64,000 nucleotides of DNA, from NCBI RefSeq assembly GCF_000006765.1, contig NC_002516.2; one strand, written 5' to 3'. Position 1 is the stretch's first letter. Every line of letters starts with the position of its first letter. The notes under the pieces are model-generated. The model was not told the origin of the DNA. It saw only the letters and a list, made by a program, of their open reading frames with translations, and searched no databases. A program made the position numbers and the translations under genes. The stretch is from Pseudomonas aeruginosa PAO1 (GTDB lineage Bacteria; Pseudomonadota; Gammaproteobacteria; Pseudomonadales; Pseudomonadaceae). Below, piece after piece: positions 61,347 to 64,000 of this stretch.

Positions 61347-62808
61347 AGCGGTTCACCGGCGTGGCTTCCAGCGATGCCTGGTGGCTGCACAGGTCGAAGA
61401 TCCTCTGGCAGCGCTGCGGCGGGAAGCGCGTGGCCAGGTTGGCCTTGAACTTCTCCTGCAGCAGCGGGATGCCTTCGGCGCGCCGGCGGCGATGGCCGAG
61501 CGGGTACTCCACGGCGACCTGGCCGGTGCTGCTGCCGTCGTCGAAGAACACTTCCACGGCGTTGGCGATGGAGCGCTTGTCCGCCTCCAGGTATTCACGG
61601 CTGTAGCGCGGCTCCTCGACGATCTCCATTTTCTCGCGCAAGCGGTCGATCAGCGGGTGGGCGGCGTGGAAGGCGTCCTCGTAGTGCTCGGCCACCAGGT
61701 CGCCGAAGATCAGCGGCACGGCGGTCATGTACTGCAGGCAATGGTCGCGGTCTGCGGGGTTGGCCAGCGGGCCGACCTTGGAAATGATGCGGATCGCCGA
61801 CTCGTGGGTGGTGATGACGATGCGGCTGATCCGTTGCAGGCGGTCCTTCACCAGCGGATGCAGGCGCACGGCGGCCTCGGCGGCGGTCTGCGCGTGGAAT
61901 TCGGCGGGGAAGCTGATCTTGAACAGCACGTTTTCCATCACGTAGCTGCCGTAGCCCTGGGGGAAGCTGAAGCGCCGCTTGTCCTCGGGCTTGGTCGCCA
62001 GGTCCTTGCTGGTGTGGCTGAACAGGACATCGTAGAAACCCCACTGCGGCGCGCTGAGCACGCCGGGAATGCCCATCTCGCCGCGCAAGGCGATGTCCGC
62101 CAGGCGCACGCCGCGGCTCGTCGCGTCGCCAGCGGCCCAGGACTTGCGCGAGCCGGCGTTCGGTGCGTGACGGTAGGTGCGCAGGGCCTGGCCGTCGACG
62201 AAGGCGTGGGAGAGGGCGGCCAGCAGTTGCTCGCGGTCGGCCCCCATCAGCTTGGCGCAGACGGCGGTGGACGCGACCTTGACCAGCAGCACATGGTCGA
62301 GGCCGACGCGATTGAACGAGTTCTCCAGGGCGATCACGCCCTGGATCTCGTGGGCCATGATCATCGCTTCCAGTACCTGGCGCATGCTCAGCGGCGCTTC
62401 GCCGTTGGCCAGGCGTTTCTGCGAGAGGTGGTCGGCGACGGCGAGGATGCCGCCGAGGTTGTCCGAGGGATGGCCCCACTCGGCGGCCAGCCAGGTGTCG
62501 TTGTAGTCCAGCCAGCGGACGATGCAGCCGATGTCCCAGGCGGCCTTGACCGGGTCGAGCCGGAAGGAGGTGCCCGGCACCCGCGCGCCGTGCGGGACCA
62601 GGGTGCCCTCGACCAGCGGGCCGAGGTGCTTGGTGCATTCCGGGAAGCGCAGCGCCAGCAGGCCGCAGCCGAGGGTATCCATCAGGCAGTTGCGGGCGGT
62701 GTCCAGGGCCTCCGTGGAATCGATGCGGTAGTCCAGCACGTAGTCGGCGATGTCCTGCAGGACGGCGTCGTAGTCGGGACGTTGGTTGAGATCGACGTTG
62801 GCACTCAT
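61324..62808 (-). CDS. prpD: 2-methylcitrate dehydratase PrpD, 494 aa
   Basis: [29 protein letters not shown], and FPAEFHAQ. Confidence 0.96.
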   Translation of the reverse strand: MSANVDLNQRPDYDAVLQDIADYVLDYRIDSTEALDTARNCLMDTLGCGLLALRFPECTKHLGPLVEGTLVPHGARVPGTSFRLDPVKAAWDIGCIVRWLDYNDTWLAAEWGHPSDNLGGILAVADHLSQKRLANGEAPLSMRQVLEAMIMAHEIQGVIALENSFNRVGLDHVLLVKVASTAVCAKLMGADREQLLAALSHAFVDGQALRTYRHAPNAGSRKSWAAGDATSRGVRLADIALRGEMGIPGVLSAPQWGFYDVLFSHTSKDLATKPEDKRRFSFPQGYGSYVMENVLFKISFPAEFHAQTAAEAAVRLHPLVKDRLQRISRIVITTHESAIRIISKVGPLANPADRDHCLQYMTAVPLIFGDLVAEHYEDAFHAAHPLIDRLREKMEIVEEPRYSREYLEADKRSIANAVEVFFDDGSSTGQVAVEYPLGHRRRRAEGIPLLQEKFKANLATRFPPQRCQRIFDLCSHQASLEATPVNRFMDLLAI

Positions 62809-62942
62809 CGCGTACTCCAGTGGTTCGTAAGTGGTGGGTTTCCTCTCGGGTCAGGCTGGTTCGGGGATGGTTTTTCTTGTCGTGGCTGCAAGACGCCCCG
62901 GCCTTTCGCGGTGGCGGAAGGCCGGGGCAAGGATAGGTCGGT

Positions 62943-64000
62943 TCAGAAGGCGTCGCCGGGTACGCGCACCCAGCCTTCCATGAGGATTCGCGCGCTGCGG
63001 CTCATGATCGCCTTGGTCACCGTCCATTCGCCGTTCGCCTGGCTGGCCTCGGCGCCCACTCGCAGGGTGCCGGAGGGATGGCCGAAGCGTACCGCGCTGC
63101 GTTCGCCGCCGCCGGCGGCGAGGTTCACCAGGGTGCCGGGAATGGCTGCGGCGGTGCCGATGGCCACCGCCGCGGTACCCATCATCGCGTGGTGCAGCTT
63201 GCCCATGGACAGCGCGCGGACCAGCAGGTCGATATCGCCGGCCGCCACCAGCTTGCCGCTGGCGGTGCGGTAGTCGCGGGGCGGGGCGACGAAGGCGATC
63301 TTCGGCGTGTGCTGGCGGGTCGCGGCTTCCTCGGGGGTCTTGATCAGGCCCATGCGCAGGGCACCGGCGACGCGGATCCGTTCGAAGCGCGCCAGTTGCT
63401 GCGGGTCGCCGTTGATCTCTTCGCGCAGCTCGGTGCCGCGGTAGCCGATCTCCTCGGCATTGACGAACACCGTGGGAATCCCGGCGTTGATCATGGTCGC
63501 CTTGAAGGTGCCGACCCCCGGCACCTCCAGGTCGTCCACCAGGTTGCCGGTGGGGAATATGGCGCCGCCGTCCTCGCCGTCGTCGGACGGGTCGAGGAAC
63601 TCCAGCACGATCTCGGCCGCCGGGAAGGTCACTCCGTCCAGCTCGAAGTCGCCGGTTTCCTGGACTTGGCCGCCGCTCACCGGCACGTGGGCGATGATGG
63701 TCTTGCCGATATTGGCCTGCCAGATGCGCACCTCGCAGATGCCGTCTTCCGGTATCCGCGCCGGATCCACCAGCCCGGCGTGCAGGGCGAAGGCGCCGGC
63801 CCCGGTGGAGAGGTTGCCGCAGTTGCCGCTCCAGTCGACGAAGGGCTTGTCGATGGAGACCTGGCCGTAGAGGTAGTCGACGTCATGGCCCGGCTGGCTG
63901 CTCTTCGAGAGGATCACGCACTTGCTGGTGCTGGAGGTGGCGCCGCCCATCCCGTCGATGTGCGCGGCATAGGGGTCGGGACTGCCGATCACCCGCATGA
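62943..64000 (-). CDS. prpF: 2-methylaconitate cis-trans isomerase PrpF; 5' end lies outside the window
   Basis: GMGGATSSTSK, GNCGNLS, SMGKLHHAMMGT, and SRSARILMEG. Confidence 0.95.
   Translation of the reverse strand, partial: MRVIGSPDPYAAHIDGMGGATSSTSKCVILSKSSQPGHDVDYLYGQVSIDKPFVDWSGNCGNLSTGAGAFALHAGLVDPARIPEDGICEVRIWQANIGKTIIAHVPVSGGQVQETGDFELDGVTFPAAEIVLEFLDPSDDGEDGGAIFPTGNLVDDLEVPGVGTFKATMINAGIPTVFVNAEEIGYRGTELREEINGDPQQLARFERIRVAGALRMGLIKTPEEAATRQHTPKIAFVAPPRDYRTASGKLVAAGDIDLLVRALSMGKLHHAMMGTAAVAIGTAAAIPGTLVNLAAGGGERSAVRFGHPSGTLRVGAEASQANGEWTVTKAIMSRSARILMEGWVRVPGDAF

Overview
This is a high-GC window of Pseudomonas aeruginosa core chromosome. Gene order and proteins match my recollection of PAO1 loci PA0739-PA0793; the locus tags are from memory, not from a search. 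From left to right it carries: the sdsA1 alkylsulfatase with its divergent LysR regulator; a branched-chain acyl-CoA catabolic operon that includes dspI, whose divergent AraC activator is broken by a 1-bp frameshift; a VanW-like gene and ung; the opdH-tctCBA-AbrB tricarboxylate uptake operon with tctDE; ygfZ, sdhE-ygfX and nadB; algU-mucABCD (mucA intact); lepA-lepB-DUF4845-rnc-era-recO-pdxJ; cmoAB; icp and asrA (Lon-type); pruR, znuD and putAP; LysR/azoR1-SMR-ATPase; a 1031-aa atypical class A PBP-like gene; an amino acid permease; a TauE/AraC pair; and prpD-prpF. I found no rRNA, tRNA, CRISPR array, integrase or transposase. The most interesting observations are: (1) a large PBP-like protein that keeps both transglycosylase and SxxK/SxN/KTG motifs and sits divergent from a tiny secreted disulfide protein and a possible 38-aa ORF; (2) the frameshifted activator with an intact 21-bp-spaced operator over the -35 of the dspI operon; (3) a hairpin that buries the algU Shine-Dalgarno; and (4) several operators readable directly from the sequence (TctD, PruR, two LysR boxes, Zur, Hfq/Crc motifs).
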